A stretch of DNA of 64,000 nt from contig CM039004.1 in the NCBI GenBank assembly GCA_017499595.2, positions 682,001 to 746,000 on the forward strand, read 5' to 3'. Every line of letters begins with the position of its first letter. Position 1 is the stretch's first letter. This document shows positions 36,495-50,367 of the stretch, piece by piece. The notes beneath the pieces are model-generated. The model saw nothing but the letters and a program-made list of their open reading frames with translations. It was not told the origin of the DNA and did not search any database. The translations under genes and the position numbers were made by a program. This DNA comes from Psilocybe cubensis. Its lineage: Eukaryota.

Positions 36495-39000
36495 TCATGA
36501 TGGAGGTGGAGGACGCGTCGTCGGCGTCCCAGAATCTTGCGGGCTTCCATTTCCACCACCGCCATCGCCGACGTTGCTTTTGCTCTGCCCAGACTCCGGC
36601 TCCCCTCGTCCGGCAGACCGCATGAGCCTCTTCAACCGTGCCAGCTCTTCTGATAAATGTCTACCAAAGCAAGGAAAGGAAAAAGAAGAAATTAGTATCG
36701 ATTTTTATTAATCAACCCAAGAAAGGAATAGTAAAATCCCAGGCCATAAATCAAAAAAGCTAGAAGAACGCAAAAAGAAAAAAAAAACCAACCAAGAAAA
36801 AGACGAAAGAAGCGAAGCGAACAAAACATCCAAAATAAAAACAACCAAGAAAAACACTCACTTTGCAACCTTCCTAGCCTCCTCACACGCACTGGATTCC
36901 TTATCCACCTCCTCCTTCATCTCCTTGACCCTCTCCATCCAATACTTTTCCACCTCCTTCGCCGACCTTGCGTCCTCCTCCCTCAAACGCCTGACCTCCT
37001 CCTCTTCCTGGCTTTGTCCCTTACCCTTCCTCCTAACCTCCTCCTCAAGCTTCCTCGCCATGGCCCCCACCCTCTTGGCCTCTTCACCGACTCTCTCCTC
37101 TCTCCTGCCCATCTCCACCCTCAGCCCCTCAACATCCGCACGCCACGTATCCCCCATCCCCTTCACACTTTCCCGTAGGACTGTGTACTCACGCTCTGCT
37201 TTTGCTGTGCGCGCAGTGCACTCTGCGAGGGACGATTCGAGTTCGCGGATGGTCTTTTTGGAGGTGGATGTTTCGGATTTGAGTTGGGATTTGAGGGTGG
37301 CGGCTTCGGCTTCGGCTTTACGTGCGCGTTCGAGGACCTGTGGGGTGGGTTGTTAGAGGAAAAGAGAAAATATGGATGAGTGAATACAAACAAATTATGT
37401 TTGTTTGATCCCCGCACATAGAACAAAACTTAGAAACTAGTACTCACCTCCTGCAACAATCGCTCCTTCCTTGCCACAACATTGTTCAATCCCTCATTCT
37501 CCAATCTCAACCTCTCCCTGCCTTCCTTCAAGTCCTCCGTCTGCCTTGTCAGCTGCGCCACACTCCGCTGCGCGAGCCGTAACTGAGCTTTCGTGTTCTC
37601 GAGAGCGTTGCGCGCGTTCACGACGCCCGTTTGCAGGTCCGCGAGAACTTTGGTGGTACCCCCTGCCCCGGGTGTCAGCGAGAGCCGTTTGTTGGGGGAG
37701 GAAGGTGTGGGTGGCGGGTGTAGACCTGGGGTGAGGGATGCTGAAGACGTGTCTGGCTGCAATGAGGAGGGTGTGTGCCGTGACGAGGATATGGAGATGT
37801 TTCCTTCCTCTGCGAGCGCACGCGCATTTCCTGCGTCCAAAGATGCGATGTCAGAGGTGTTCTATGAAGAAAAAAAGGGGAGGCTGAAGCAATAAAGAGA
37901 AGACTATCTAGCAGAGTCACGCCAGACCCTATAATCATATTTGAATGGAGGCTGCCTCCCCACCGCGGTGCGGAAAAGGTGGATAAAGACAATTAATATC
38001 AGACTATGTTTTGACATACTGTCCAACAAGCAAAAGTACGGGCATCTAGCCCTGCAGGAGTGAAACTCCAGAGACCTTGGATACCCATAGCACTCGGTAC
38101 TTTAAGTGAAACGGGTGTGCCAGCAAAAGAAACGAAAAATACTGTAGGAGAAGGGTGCTTACCTACAGCTGACACAGGGATCCCTGAATCCAATAATCGT
38201 CGCAGTTAAAAAAATAACAACAGGTAAGTTGAAATCGTAAGACAGGGTCTACCAAAGTGTGAAATACGCACGAGATAGCGTCCGCGTGGGACTCGCTGGG
38301 CGTTTGGTAGTGTAGGCTGTGGGCGAGGGGATACCTTCGCGAATTCCGCTCTGCACTAAACTTGAGGGGCCGGCATCGTCAGAGGGATCGCTGCGTCGTG
38401 GTAGAGGCAGGTTGGACTCGGGTCCTGCGAGACTTAGGAGTACGTCGTGGCTTGACCGGCGCTGAATGCGCGTCGTCGTGCCTGGAGGGGTTGGTGATGC
38501 TGGGGTGTACGAGGATGGTCCTGAGCCAGGAGATATAGATGTAGATGAAGAAGATGATGCCATTGCGTTGACGTTAGAGGTAGAGACAAGATCGTCGAGA
38601 AGCTCTGGACCGTACGGGCGCGGACCGCTGCGCACAATGTTTTCGAGGTTGTTGAGTTGTGCTTGTTGTTGCCGGATGTTGTGTTTGAGTGTTGACATGT
38701 GGTTCCGCACCGAGACTAGAATCCCATTCCGTCAGTCAATCTTCAAACTCAATTTAAACGCAAGATATCAAAAGTTAAAAGGTTGAACATCGATATTGAT
38801 ATCCAGAAAGAGCATGCCAACGTACCTGGGTCGTCGAGAGAAAACGACGGGCTGTGTGTGCGCAAAGAGGAGCGTGAAGATGGCCTGGATACAGACCGCT
38901 CGCGCGCTGTCTTGAACGGCGAGAGCGCTCCCTCCGATGTGGTGTAGGCGTTCTGCGTTGCTTGACTTGAGTTAGCTGCTTTCGTCGGACTCGAAGGCAT
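36495..39000 (-). CDS. Conserved-looking long coiled-coil protein (She3-like in some fungal annotations), multi-exon
   Basis: ATG 39000; SVRNHMSTLKHNIRQQQAQL; TTKVLADLQTGVVNARNALENTKAQLRL..RLENEGLNNVVARKERLLQEVLERARKAE; TGA at 36495. Confidence 0.7.
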
Positions 39001-39349
39001 TCACTGGCTAATACAAGCGTTTGTTGTTGATGGGTGTTGACAGCGATGTAAACCCCGCTTGAGTAGTAAATCTAAAGTTTGTAAGAAAAATTAGGGAATG
39101 CGTAGCTTGTAGTTGTAACTCTATAGTCCAGACTGTCCAGGTGGGGAGTAGCAGCGGTCAACTTATCACTGCTCCGCTGCTCCAGGCGGCGCACCAGCTT
39201 TGATCATGTTTGCTTACATGGTCACATGGTGTAATTTAGGTCTCATCGGTTGACTCATTTCGCTTCTTTGTTTCTTCCCGCCACTCATCCGCGACGACGA
39301 CACATATCCTCCACTTCATCATCTCAAGGGTACCTGCGAAACCTGAAAA

Positions 39350-39953
39350 ATGCCTCTCCAATGCTCGATCTGCCTCTTTGCGTTCAGAGAGCCTGTGTCT
39401 CTTCCATGCGGTAAGACGAGATTGTGGCATTCAGTGCAACAACTACATGGCCCGTGTTTTGACCTTTTTCTGATCCGCAGGCCACATCTACTGCAAAATC
39501 TGCCTTACGGATCATGTTAATGTGCCTACGAATAAAGGGATGACCTCGACGTGCCCAGAGTGTCGCAAGCCCTTCCATCTCAGTAAGCCGTGCCCCAGAC
39601 CCCCCGCTCTATCCTCACCTTTTTGATCCCATCGATAGCTGTTCCGGATGTACGTACTCTTACCCAATTTCTTCTCACCCTAGACTGATTCCCCTTTGGT
39701 TATCAGGTAACATACCTGCCCGAGAAATACCGCCCGTTCATCGCACATGCCATTCGCCGCGTCTACATCGACACCGCGCCGACAGAAGCCGAAGCCGACG
39801 TTGCATTGCTCACTGAAAAAGTCGCCGAGCTCTCAAGGCAGGTAGTCAAGCTCCAAGGCAAGCTCACGCGCCAGGCGAAGATCGAGGCAATGCTCGATGA
39901 GTGCGAGTGTCTGAGAATCAAATATATGTATGGGGAAATTGACCGTCTGTAAA
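39350..39953 (+). CDS. RING-finger paralogue 5, probably 3'-truncated by the TE complex
   Basis: MPLQCSICLFAFREPVSLPCG|HIYCKICLTDHVN..GMTSTCPECRKPF, closest to paralogue 1; the coiled coil runs into TE-like sequence near 39910. Confidence 0.7.
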
Positions 39954-40293
39954 CTGTGATTTGCTAGCCGACGATCTGTAGCGCTATGTACCTTCCTAGC
40001 CCGGTAGGGTCCCTGTTTAGGTAACTGCCTCACATGACTATGTATAGCATTTGGTAGCGCTATATAGCGACTCATAATGGAGTCAGTAGACCTTATAGGA
40101 ATGCTGTAAAGCAGTAAGTAGTATGATATATAATTCTCTGTAGTACTACAGAAGGCATCACTTCATTGTCTGTAGAGGTCAATATCAAGCTTTATGGCAC
40201 TGTGTAGCATAGCGCAGTTAGCTATAGAACACTATAGTGCTTGGTTGAAATAGGTAATTGGTAGCATTTATTCCAATGATAGGCTTGCCCCAT

Positions 40294-41378
40294 CAACTAA
40301 ATAGGCAGTAGATTACAATGCTATGTAAACCAATACAATAAAATTTTGGTCTTACAAATCCACCCAATTTTGGGGGCCCGGTTTACATTGTCAAGCAATA
40401 TCTTTATTAACTTTACAATATCCAAACAATTATTTGTTCTACCCTGCAAATTCAAGTCAGAATTTTTGTATGTTTACGACAAGTCCGGTTGACCGGCCAT
40501 TACATAACCGGTCAACATAGGGGCCGTATGTCTTGGCCCGGCGCGTGTGTTTAATATAACATACAATCGCTCATTTGAAGTTCCAAACACAGTAAGCGTC
40601 ATATTTCTATATGTATACATGTAATAAAAAGACTAATCTATTAAAAAACCGTCAATATCGAGGTCATCGTCGACGATGATGACCAAAACGGGCGTGGAAA
40701 AGCGCACCGCAGTTGTCAACGACAGCGGCGCGCTTCTTTTTTTCAACACCACCACCACCACCACCACCAACACCACCAAACCCGCCACAGCGTGCCAGGG
40801 CATCACCACCGCATTCTAAAGGCATCAGCAGAGTTAACAGAAGAGTACATATGGATGAGCAAGGTGAGTCTTCAATATTCAAAGTAAATACTCACTGTTT
40901 ATTTTTTTTGCACTCCAAGGAGTACAATTCGGTCTCGCGATCGATCGCGACGGCCTCAGGCTCAACGTCGCCATTGATGGCCACAACGGGCACACCAAAA
41001 TCAGCGTCAACGTCGATACCAACAACAAGGTCAAAATTGTTTTCAGCGTCGAAGAGCCCGCGAACAGGCGAGTCGACACCAACCCTGTCGCTTTGACCAA
41101 CGGCCAAATTCGAGAGCGGGAGGGAACAGGTCAACAGGTAGTTGATGTTGCAAATTGTATTGAAGACTTGGGGACCGTAGAAGGCGGCAACGTCAAGATG
41201 CGCGATGGGGAGGGGGATGATCAGGACGTTGAGATGATGGAATAAAGGGCCCGTTCAACAGGCACTCTGAGTTTACCGTGACTATATGGCGCGCGTGTAC
41301 AATGAAATCTCGTTTTATTTTTCAAAATACATCCATGTGAGATTTGTATACCCCTCCCTCCCCATATCAACGCCTCTT
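40294..41378 (-). mobile_element. Diverged, inverted copy of the right end of the 49959-63177 Plavaka element
   Basis: Collinear with the reverse complement of ~62117-63177, starting at the same terminus caactaaa..gtagattac and also preceded by AT. Confidence 0.88.
40851..41245 (+). CDS. Small two-exon gene in the Plavaka end (homologue of 62240-62626)
   Basis: MDEQ|GVQFGLAIDRDGLRLNVAIDG..DVEMME-TAA; GT-AG intron; frame open. Confidence 0.55.
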
Positions 41379-41682
41379 ATTAGGGTTTCTCCAGTTTCCC
41401 CTCTTTATCTTCACAGAATTATCTTATCCTTTCATTATCTTATCAATTACCTGATTAGATAGTTTATTTCTTTCATCACAGCCTTCTTGCTCCACTTCTT
41501 TCTAGTAAATTCTATATGATTCCTAGTCTTACTCATTCTTTTTCTATATAATGTCACTTTTATTCTTTAACCTTCCTTTATGATGTAATATAGGGAATAT
41601 TTTAGAATAGCTGTAGAGTATAAATACTGGACTTGTAGGTAGCTGTAGCTTCAGCTTCAATCTCTTAGGATATCCACTATCA
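41378..41682 (+). mobile_element. Putative degenerate LTR inserted in the Plavaka end copy
   Basis: Homology to the other copy stops abruptly; TA(TG-like)..CA segment of ~305 bp with TATAAATA, followed by TTGGT; no second LTR in the window. Confidence 0.4.
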
Positions 41683-43116
41683 TTGGTGTGATCTCTTAGA
41701 ATCATTGAGTCTCTCTCACTTTCTTATTCTCTCTCTGCTCTCTTACTCTCCCTTTGCTCTCTCTCTCTTTCTTTTGCTTGATCTTTGTTGGTGGCCTTGT
41801 CACACTGATTATAGTGTTGCCCTGACACCTCTTTGTGTCTGTTTCGACCTCTGTGCATCTGTTTTCCGGTCCTTTTGACATCCCTAGCCACTAGGTGCAC
41901 TAGCCGTGGTCTCTGCGCATCCGTCCCGTCGACCGCTTCCCCCCCGGCCCCGCACTTTAGACAATCAGAGCTCTGGTGGTCGCCTCTGGAAGGCAATGAC
42001 ATTGCAGGTACGTCAGCACCATTCCTGGGCATTGAAGGACCACTACTCACCCTTGTTCATAGCTCTCTGCTTCCATGCAACCACATCTCTTCAACTCACA
42101 ACCAAAGCCCTAACAGTGGTCTTTGGTGCATTACAGGTTTGTCAGCATCATGCCCTTGTTCTCAGCTCTCTGCATCCATACCAACGTCACTTTGCAGGTG
42201 GTGTATATCCTTGACATGCGCGGCGTGCTCTGATGGCTAACTATAACGGTGTGCGTATTCTTCAAAACTTTGTTAGCAGCATTCCTGAGCACAAAATTGA
42301 CAGTACTCACCCTCGTTTCAAGGCTCTCAAGGCCGTCAGTGTGCATATCGGCGTATGTCAGTGGTGCAGCACTTGCTGAAGGTCTGTCAGCATTGTTTCT
42401 GACCACGATATAGGAGGTAGTCACCGTCATTCCAAGCCCGTCGCTGTCGTTGGCGACAGCATCTCCTCTCAACGTGTGGGACGTGTTGGTCAGCGGGGCA
42501 AAGTGGTAGTGGTGCTGTGTGCAGGAGACAGCAGGTAAGCCCAAGCACCTATTGTGCAAAAGTTCATCTACAATAGCGGCAGTACTCACTTGCGTTCCAT
42601 GTCTCTCTGCCCCGCACACACCGCTCAGAGGTTCTCTTAGCACTCGCCTCTGCCAACCCATCCACCCACCCTTCTCTCTCCACCACCTCCCTTCCCAACC
42701 TCACCGAACCCCAAGACGCTCCAATCCCCTTCAGCACCTTCACCCCGCACATCCACTCCTCCAACCTCAAAGCCATCCAACACACGCACATGTCCCTCGT
42801 CCAATCCCACATCCTCCCCCTCCTTCCGACCCTTGCTCTCCCACACACCACCCACCCCGGGGCATCCCGCACGCACCCGCGCGACCTCCTCGTAAAAGCC
42901 AAAACGATGAGAAGAAGACGAAGAAGAAAGGCAAGAATGCTAAGAATGCCAAAGGTGAGCTCCTTCGCCCATCATCACTTCCAACGTCAACAACAATGCC
43001 CAAGTTAATGCGAAGGACAACCGGCTCTCCGTTGAGTCTGCGTATGCCTACGCGACATGCAGGCCGAGCTCAATGCTTTCCACTAGTAGCTGCCACTTAA
43101 ATCAATCATAACATGC

Positions 43117-46100
43117 TGAGTGCCTACATGGCGATGTGCATTTTCACCACATTTTAATGATATGAAATCATGGATTATTGCTGTAAGTTATAGCTAAATG
43201 GTATATCTTTCAATACTGTAACACAGCTAAGTAATTGCAAATCATTAAAAGGCTTGTAATCTACAGTAATTTGTCAATAAGATATCATAAAGTTGCTTGT
43301 AAGCTACCACATTCTGGAATCAGATCATTAAGATCATTGTAAATTACAGAAGAGTAGTAAATATTATATGATATCATTACTTGTAAGCTACCATACCCTA
43401 AAGCGAAATCATTAGGGTCACTGTAGTCTATAGAAATGCAATAAATGCTAGATCATATCATTCCTTGTAGGTTACCACATGATGGAATGAGATTATTCAT
43501 TCCTTTCTGATTAGATATAAGCATGTATCTTATCTGTGCTTGGTCATTTGTGATATGATGCCATCAATTCAGGAACCCTGGCTAAGTCTGGATCCTGCCA
43601 TCAGCTCTATCAAAACTATTATTAAATAGACATTCTGATCTCGGCCCCTGGGTCTATAAATAATGCTCATCCTATGCTACTTTTGTGCATTGCTGGCAAT
43701 GCATTGGGCGCTTTTGGGGGCATTTCTGGGCTGTTTCCCTTGGTGTTTTTTGGTAGACCTATAATTTTAATGTGTCCCAATTTGAATCTGAAATCAGAAT
43801 TGCAATATCTTTACTCATTATTGTGCAATTAAGCGTACAATGTTTTGGTAAAAAAGCGCACCTTAAATAGCACCCTCCAGGGGTTGGTATGCACCCTTCT
43901 GACTATGCCATTATTTGTTATTCATATTAGACAGAGTACATGCCAAGTTTTAGCTTAATTGGAGCAGTGGAACCTATTGAACTAGAATGTGCACCCTACC
44001 CCTCCTCCTACCCCTTGTATAAATGCCTTTCTGATTAGATAAATTTAGGCCCAACTGGGGCTCGGTAGGCGCCTATTATAACAATTTTTAGAGCCCTTAA
44101 TCTTAATCAAATTCCAAGATTGGATGGTACCATTCCCCATCCTTCCCAGATTTTGTGTATTTTATTATGGGATAGAATGGGCCTTCAGACCATTAATAAA
44201 CATGTAAATTTAACACTACGAGTACATAGAGTTCAAAACCTGTCCTTGAACACCCTCTGTAGCAAGGGAACATACTGATTAAAGGGGGGGTATGAGGAGA
44301 GGTATGGTAGGTTATTGATCAGGCCATATCTCTACAAATACTTCGTCATAAATCATGTTCTTGACGTCTACAGATACCTATAGATGCCTCCAAAATATCA
44401 TTTTCAGTGCCTAAAAAGATCCATCCATTAGATGAGATACTGCAGAGAGAATACCAATCTTCATCAAAATGCACAGTATTTTTGCATTTACCATATATAA
44501 ACATTCAAGATCAGGAAATATTAAAGCAGTATAGTATAGCCCCAAAATGTAGCTTTCCAGAACATCAAGGATGTTGTGCATTGGACCAGTGGGTGTTGAG
44601 ATATGGAAAGAAAGGTGTTGAAGAACCCATCAGAGACCAGGATGGATATTGGCCTTTATTTATGCTTTGTTTGTGGTCACCTCTTTGGCCTTTCTCCGAG
44701 ATACATTTTGACATATCTCAGCTCATACTCATCGGATTTCTATGAGGCTATATACCACAGATAGGTATCATTTAGGGCTACACAGCCATATAGTTTATGT
44801 ATTTTATAAGTGTTATCTTTTACATCATATTTCGCTTTTCCTCCATTTTTGAACAACAATGCTTCTTCTTCTTGTACCATCTTGTTAAGCGTTCTGGTCA
44901 TTTGGAAGTATGAATATAATATGTAGAGGACCTTAGTAGCTATCTGTGAATGTAAGATATGTGCATTTTGGTGAAGTATAAGCGGTGATATGGTCATATT
45001 ATGTTGCACATCCAATACCTTCTTATTGGCCTCATAACCAAGGTGTTTCCCTTCATTCTGAATGTTTCAAAGATATGTATTGTGTCTGTGGTACTATATA
45101 GAGCAGATTTACATATCTATATGTGCTGGGAATAGCCATTCTATCCCATAATAAAATACACAAAATCTGGGAAGGATGGGGAATGGTACCATCCAATCTT
45201 GGAATTTGATTAAGATTAAGGGCTCTAAAAATTGTTATAATAGGCGCCTACCGAGCCCCAGTTGGGCCTAAATTTATCTAATCAGAAAGGCATTTATACA
45301 AGGGGTAGGAGGAGGGGTAGGGTGCACATTCTAGTTCAATAGGTTCCACTGCTCCAATTAAGCTAAAACTTGGCATGTACTCTGTCTAATATGAATAACA
45401 AATAATGGCATAGTCAGAAGGGTGCATACCAACCCCTGGAGGGTGCTATTTAAGGTGCGCTTTTTTACCAAAACATTGTACGCTTAATTGCACAATAATG
45501 AGTAAAGATATTGCAATTCTGATTTCAGATTCAAATTGGGACACATTAAAATTATAGGTCTACCAAAAAACACCAAGGGAAACAGCCCAGAAATGCCCCC
45601 AAAAGCGCCCAATGCATTGCCAGCAATGCACAAAAGTAGCATAGGATGAGCATTATTTATAGACCCAGGGGCCGAGATCAGAATGTCTATTTAATAATAG
45701 TTTTGATAGAGCTGATGGCAGGATCCAGACTTAGCCAGGGTTCCTGAATTGATGGCATCATATCACAAATGACCAAGCACAGATAAGATACATGCTTATA
45801 TCTAATCAGAAAGGAATGAATAATCTCATTCCATCATGTGGTAACCTACAAGGAATGATATGATCTAGCATTTATTGCATTTCTATAGACTACAGTGACC
45901 CTAATGATTTCGCTTTAGGGTATGGTAGCTTACAAGTAATGATATCATATAATATTTACTACTCTTCTGTAATTTACAATGATCTTAATGATCTGATTCC
46001 AGAATGTGGTAGCTTACAAGCAACTTTATGATATCTTATTGACAAATTACTGTAGATTACAAGCCTTTTAATGATTTGCAATTACTTAGCTGTGTTACAG

Positions 46101-46199
46101 TATTGAAAGATATACCATTTAGCTATAACTTACAGCAATAATCCATGATTTCATATCATTAAAACGTGGTGAAAATGCACATTGCCATGTAGGCACTCA
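43117..46199. repeat. Foldback-like structure: 1064-bp inverted repeats (43117-44180, 45136-46199) around a 955-bp spacer
   Basis: Arms are reverse complements with only two differences noticed, both CpG transitions near the outer end. Confidence 0.92.
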
Positions 46200-46904
46200 C
46201 CACACTGTAGGATATAAGTAGCACACACCAGTCCCGCAACCACATGACCTGGTGGGTCCAATTTAGCAGACCAATTAAATATGCACCCCTGGACCCATAA
46301 ATGTGAGGCGCATTAATTTCATTGGTGGACTAGATGGATGCTATGAGCCATGGGCCCACATATAGATGAGCGATGATAAGCACACCTACCAGGTCCACTT
46401 GCTGCGTGGAAGCTGCTAAATCCCGATTCTAGGTTCAATTGGTCAATGGTAATCTCAGCTTTGGGTTACAATTTGGAAACCTAACTGTAGATATAGAAAC
46501 TCCCGACATCATTGTGCTGTGTCCGCTCCCGTTCTTTCTCAACATTATTGTTCAATAGGTATATACACATTACTATTATTAGATGGATAGTAATCATCAT
46601 TTATCTTTATAGTGTTCAGTGAATGCATATAATATATGCTATTTGCAGTTGCCATCTGCAGCAGGATTGCATTCACTGGTTCAATAAATTCTTTTAACCC
46701 ACATTATATTGGAAATTTCATTCATCAGGAAAACCCTCCTCTAGTAATCTCTTTATAATTACATACTATTATGTCTAATCTCCAGCAAATACAGAGAATT
46801 TCTCTAAATTTATTAATACACCGTAAATGTCACTAAGGTGGTATAATTATCCGCTACAAATTCTCTAATAGTTGTTAATTGTGTTCATTACATTGGTGCT
46901 ACTC

Positions 46905-49900
46905 CTAGTACACATTAAAGTACGTATGACGGTCCTTGAAACAGTTCAAATAAAATGTGCTACACTTGTCTAAGACATTGACTTTAGTCCAATCGGATGG
47001 GACTGATCGTCCCCATTTAGGTATAAGGTGAACACTCCTTTGTATAAGTGATACTGGTATCACCGACGCAATTTTCTCACCATTTTTGATACACCACCTG
47101 ACTTTGTAAAGATTTAAGTCAGGATCGGGGACATGGTCAAATTTAGTGAACCATTCAACATAGGCAAGGTGGCGTGGCGGGTAGATACCAGAAGGGAAGA
47201 GTTGTTGTAAAGAGTTTGGGGGCAAGGTAAAAATGACCCAAACTTGGCCAATGCGCATGCCTAGTGATATCAGAAATGGATTAGTTACTGAACAACAAGT
47301 AATATTTAATTTATCCTGCCTTTAAGCGTTGATATCTGCTGTTCCAAAGGAGTTTCTGGGTCTTGATTGTCTTTGTACACTTGAATTAAGGCTGTATCAA
47401 AGCGTCCAGGAACCAGCATGACACCTTCATTGTCTAGATGAGGTGGTTGTACATGGATTGAGTCAAGTGTCACATTTCCATGAACTTCCTCATTCCAAAA
47501 TTTGATTCGGTGGTATGTCGGCAGAGATAAAAAAGGTAGATGGATATCGAGTGACATTTCATTGAGTAATCGCATGTTGGTAATGTTGGAATTGTTGAAT
47601 TGTGCAATGAATCGGGAGAGAGAAGGAATAAAGAATGTTGCACCATAGTGATTTGGAGAGATAATGTGATCTAAAGAGACTGATTTACATGTCGGATGGA
47701 TAGTCATTTTTGGACGGAGTTCACATGCCATGTCTGGGGGAGACCAACTAATATATTCACGTGCAGACAAGGTAAATGGCCCGATAACAGGTTGGCGTAT
47801 CTGCCAATCCAGATAATTGCCATGTAGGTGAATCTTCTCTTGACGTTCAAGCCACCGTGTCATCTGTGAGAACTCGTCTTTATGATTTGTGGCGCCATAT
47901 GCATCTTTGGCAAAGTCAATGTGAAGCCGTTCAGTCATTTTGGTATTATAGTTATCAGTAGTGCCGTAGAGTTTGATTGAGTGAATATAATGATTGAGAA
48001 AATGCAATTTGGGGAGATTGAAGTTGGTACGAATACCCAGCTGGACAAAAATGTGCTTGTTTTCATGAAAGATAGCCAATGCGGTGTCGAGAGACTCCAG
48101 AGTCTTGTTGGTGTGAACCGGGTATTGCGCCAAATAAAGAAAGTCTAATAAAGCTTGTGTGGCCCGGATTAGAGGTGCAGAAGGCAGTCCGTTGGGTAGT
48201 CGAATGTCGACTAAAAGCCCAAGTAGAAAGCTACTCATTTGTTTGTGCTCCAGACCACTAACTCGAGACAAAGAGGTTATACCTTTTTAAAAAGGGTGGA
48301 CCGAATGATTTGGTGGCAATGCTTTGACACGAGCATCTATTTCTGAAGCGCCACATGCATCCAATAGCCACTCAATAAGGTGTTTGATGACACCTTGGTG
48401 AAGCTGGTGTAAAACATCAGGAGTAATAGAGCGAAAGATATTGGTGTATGGGAGGTTTTCCCAAAAGGGGTGCTGGATTGGCTTAATATTTGCTGCACGA
48501 CAGACGCTGGCATAATCCGGGGATCCTAAGTGATCAAGAGCTTCAAAGACTTTAGCCAAATCTCAAAAGCTATGATGCGACGGATATTCTCCAAGCTCCT
48601 CGTTAGGGCATTCACAAGTGGGGCAGTTGCCAGTATATGCTCCTGTCACAAGAATTTGCTCGGGATAATCACCAATATAGGTTGCAAAAATTGGGTGGCA
48701 ACGACAAGTAACACCGTCTCCACTTGTCATTGGTAAACCATGAGCACCAGCACTTTTGAGAGGCTCAAGAATCTTCTTAATGCAGTGATGAAAAATGTTT
48801 GAAATGATGCGCCGCCGTGCAGCTTTATTTGAGATATGCTGCAGTCGTGAAGTCAGCAGTTAAGCCAATAGAATCTGGCCTTGATGAGAAGGCTTGTGCC
48901 GTATGGATTTTGGAAGGTTTCCAATTGTGAGATAAACAGAATATACTGATTTGTTGCGGAACAGTGTGATCTGTGTCTTATCAGATGATAGCAGTATGGG
49001 AATTATTGTAGCACCGGGATTTTCAGATTCAAGGACTTTCTGTATTACATTTTAAAAGTAATAATCAGTATGATTCATAGGCCGCAGAAAAGATTACAAC
49101 TTGCCTGTGTGCTCCACCACCATCTTCCGGTATATATTTCATGGTACAGCCTCATGGTACGATTGGCGTCCGAATAATGACGTTCTGGTACAAATGCAAG
49201 ATATTGGGCATGTTCTGGATTGCCATACAGCTCACGAATACATTCCAAAACATCGCAACTAAAGTATTCAAGCACTTCGCCTTCTACTTCAATTTCACGG
49301 CACTCAAAAGTGGGTCTCTTTCTAGGAAGGCTTTTGTCGATCAGTTGATTTAATTCCTTGGAATTTTTGTACAAAAGGCCTAGCATCGAGCAAAGCTAAA
49401 CACCCAATTGAAGAGTATTCAATATCAAAAAACTTTCAGATTGTAAAGACGTGAATGGACTTACTCCACCAATTTCCAGCAGTTCATTGAAGGCGGTCGC
49501 ACTAGGCCCTTGCAATTTGGCCCACTGTGCAATTTTCCAATCCATTTCTGAAGAAAACGGAGCCCATCGGTTCTCTTTGCTTCCAACTTTCTCTCCGTAT
49601 GACGCATATCTAGTCAGATCAGGGTGTATAGTATGTATTGGTGCACCCGCATGCCCTTCAAAACAATCCACAAAGGCAGGAGATGCACGAAGAGCATTGT
49701 GATCAAGCAAAGAGGTGCCTCCAGGAGCGCAATTCTGAATTGGGATAGAACTAGGCTGAGGGTCCATACACATCTCCGAGTCAAAGTCAGCTTCTAGCTG
49801 CAAATTTCCAGGAAGACCAGGATTCCGATCACTGGCGGCACCCACACTAGGTGCTCGAGCCTCCCAAAAATCAAACCCAGATAATGTAATAGCATTAGAA

Positions 49901-49956
49901 TCCAAGTCAGATTCCTCAGAGTCACTGGAGCCATTAGAATCATTGTTATCGTCCAT
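46905..49956 (-). pseudogene. Plavaka transposase 1 (body), decayed
   Basis: WAPFSSEMDWKIAQWAK, LYHEIYTGRWWW, IPILLSSDKTQIT, IGDYPEQ..CPTC, ITPDVLHQLHQG, FNLPKLH..GTTDNYNTKMTERLHIDFAKDAY, LAYVEWFT; stops near 48861 and 48563, frameshift near 48287. Confidence 0.9.
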
Positions 49957-50367
49957 ATCATAAAAAATGCGGGTAGATTACAAAGCATTGTAAACCCAAT
50001 TAAATATTTTTTTATTCGAAATTCTCGCACTGCGTTACAACCCTCTTGAAATGTTGTGAGAAACCGGAAATATTGCAGTGTGAATAAATTAATTTGAGGT
50101 TTACAATATTTTTGGGTATTGCAATATGAAAGAATAAGCGGCTAGTTTATAATCTCAACAAATTACTATATGAGATGACAAGGAATCAAGAGCGTTATAA
50201 AACATTGCGAGAATTTATTGGGTTTTTCAATGATAAGGAGGATTGAATGGGATTTTGAGGCACCCAGAAGATTATAATAGAACAAATTTATTTATTCAGT
50301 AATAAAAGTACAGGCATGGTATGTAAAGCAGGGCAGAGCAGAGCAATAATTACAGCAATGAGAGACA

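Noticed and set aside
41700-43100. ORFs 42131-42661 and 42519-43100
   Set aside because: Look like decayed gene or TE fragments; no recognisable motif or consistent exon structure
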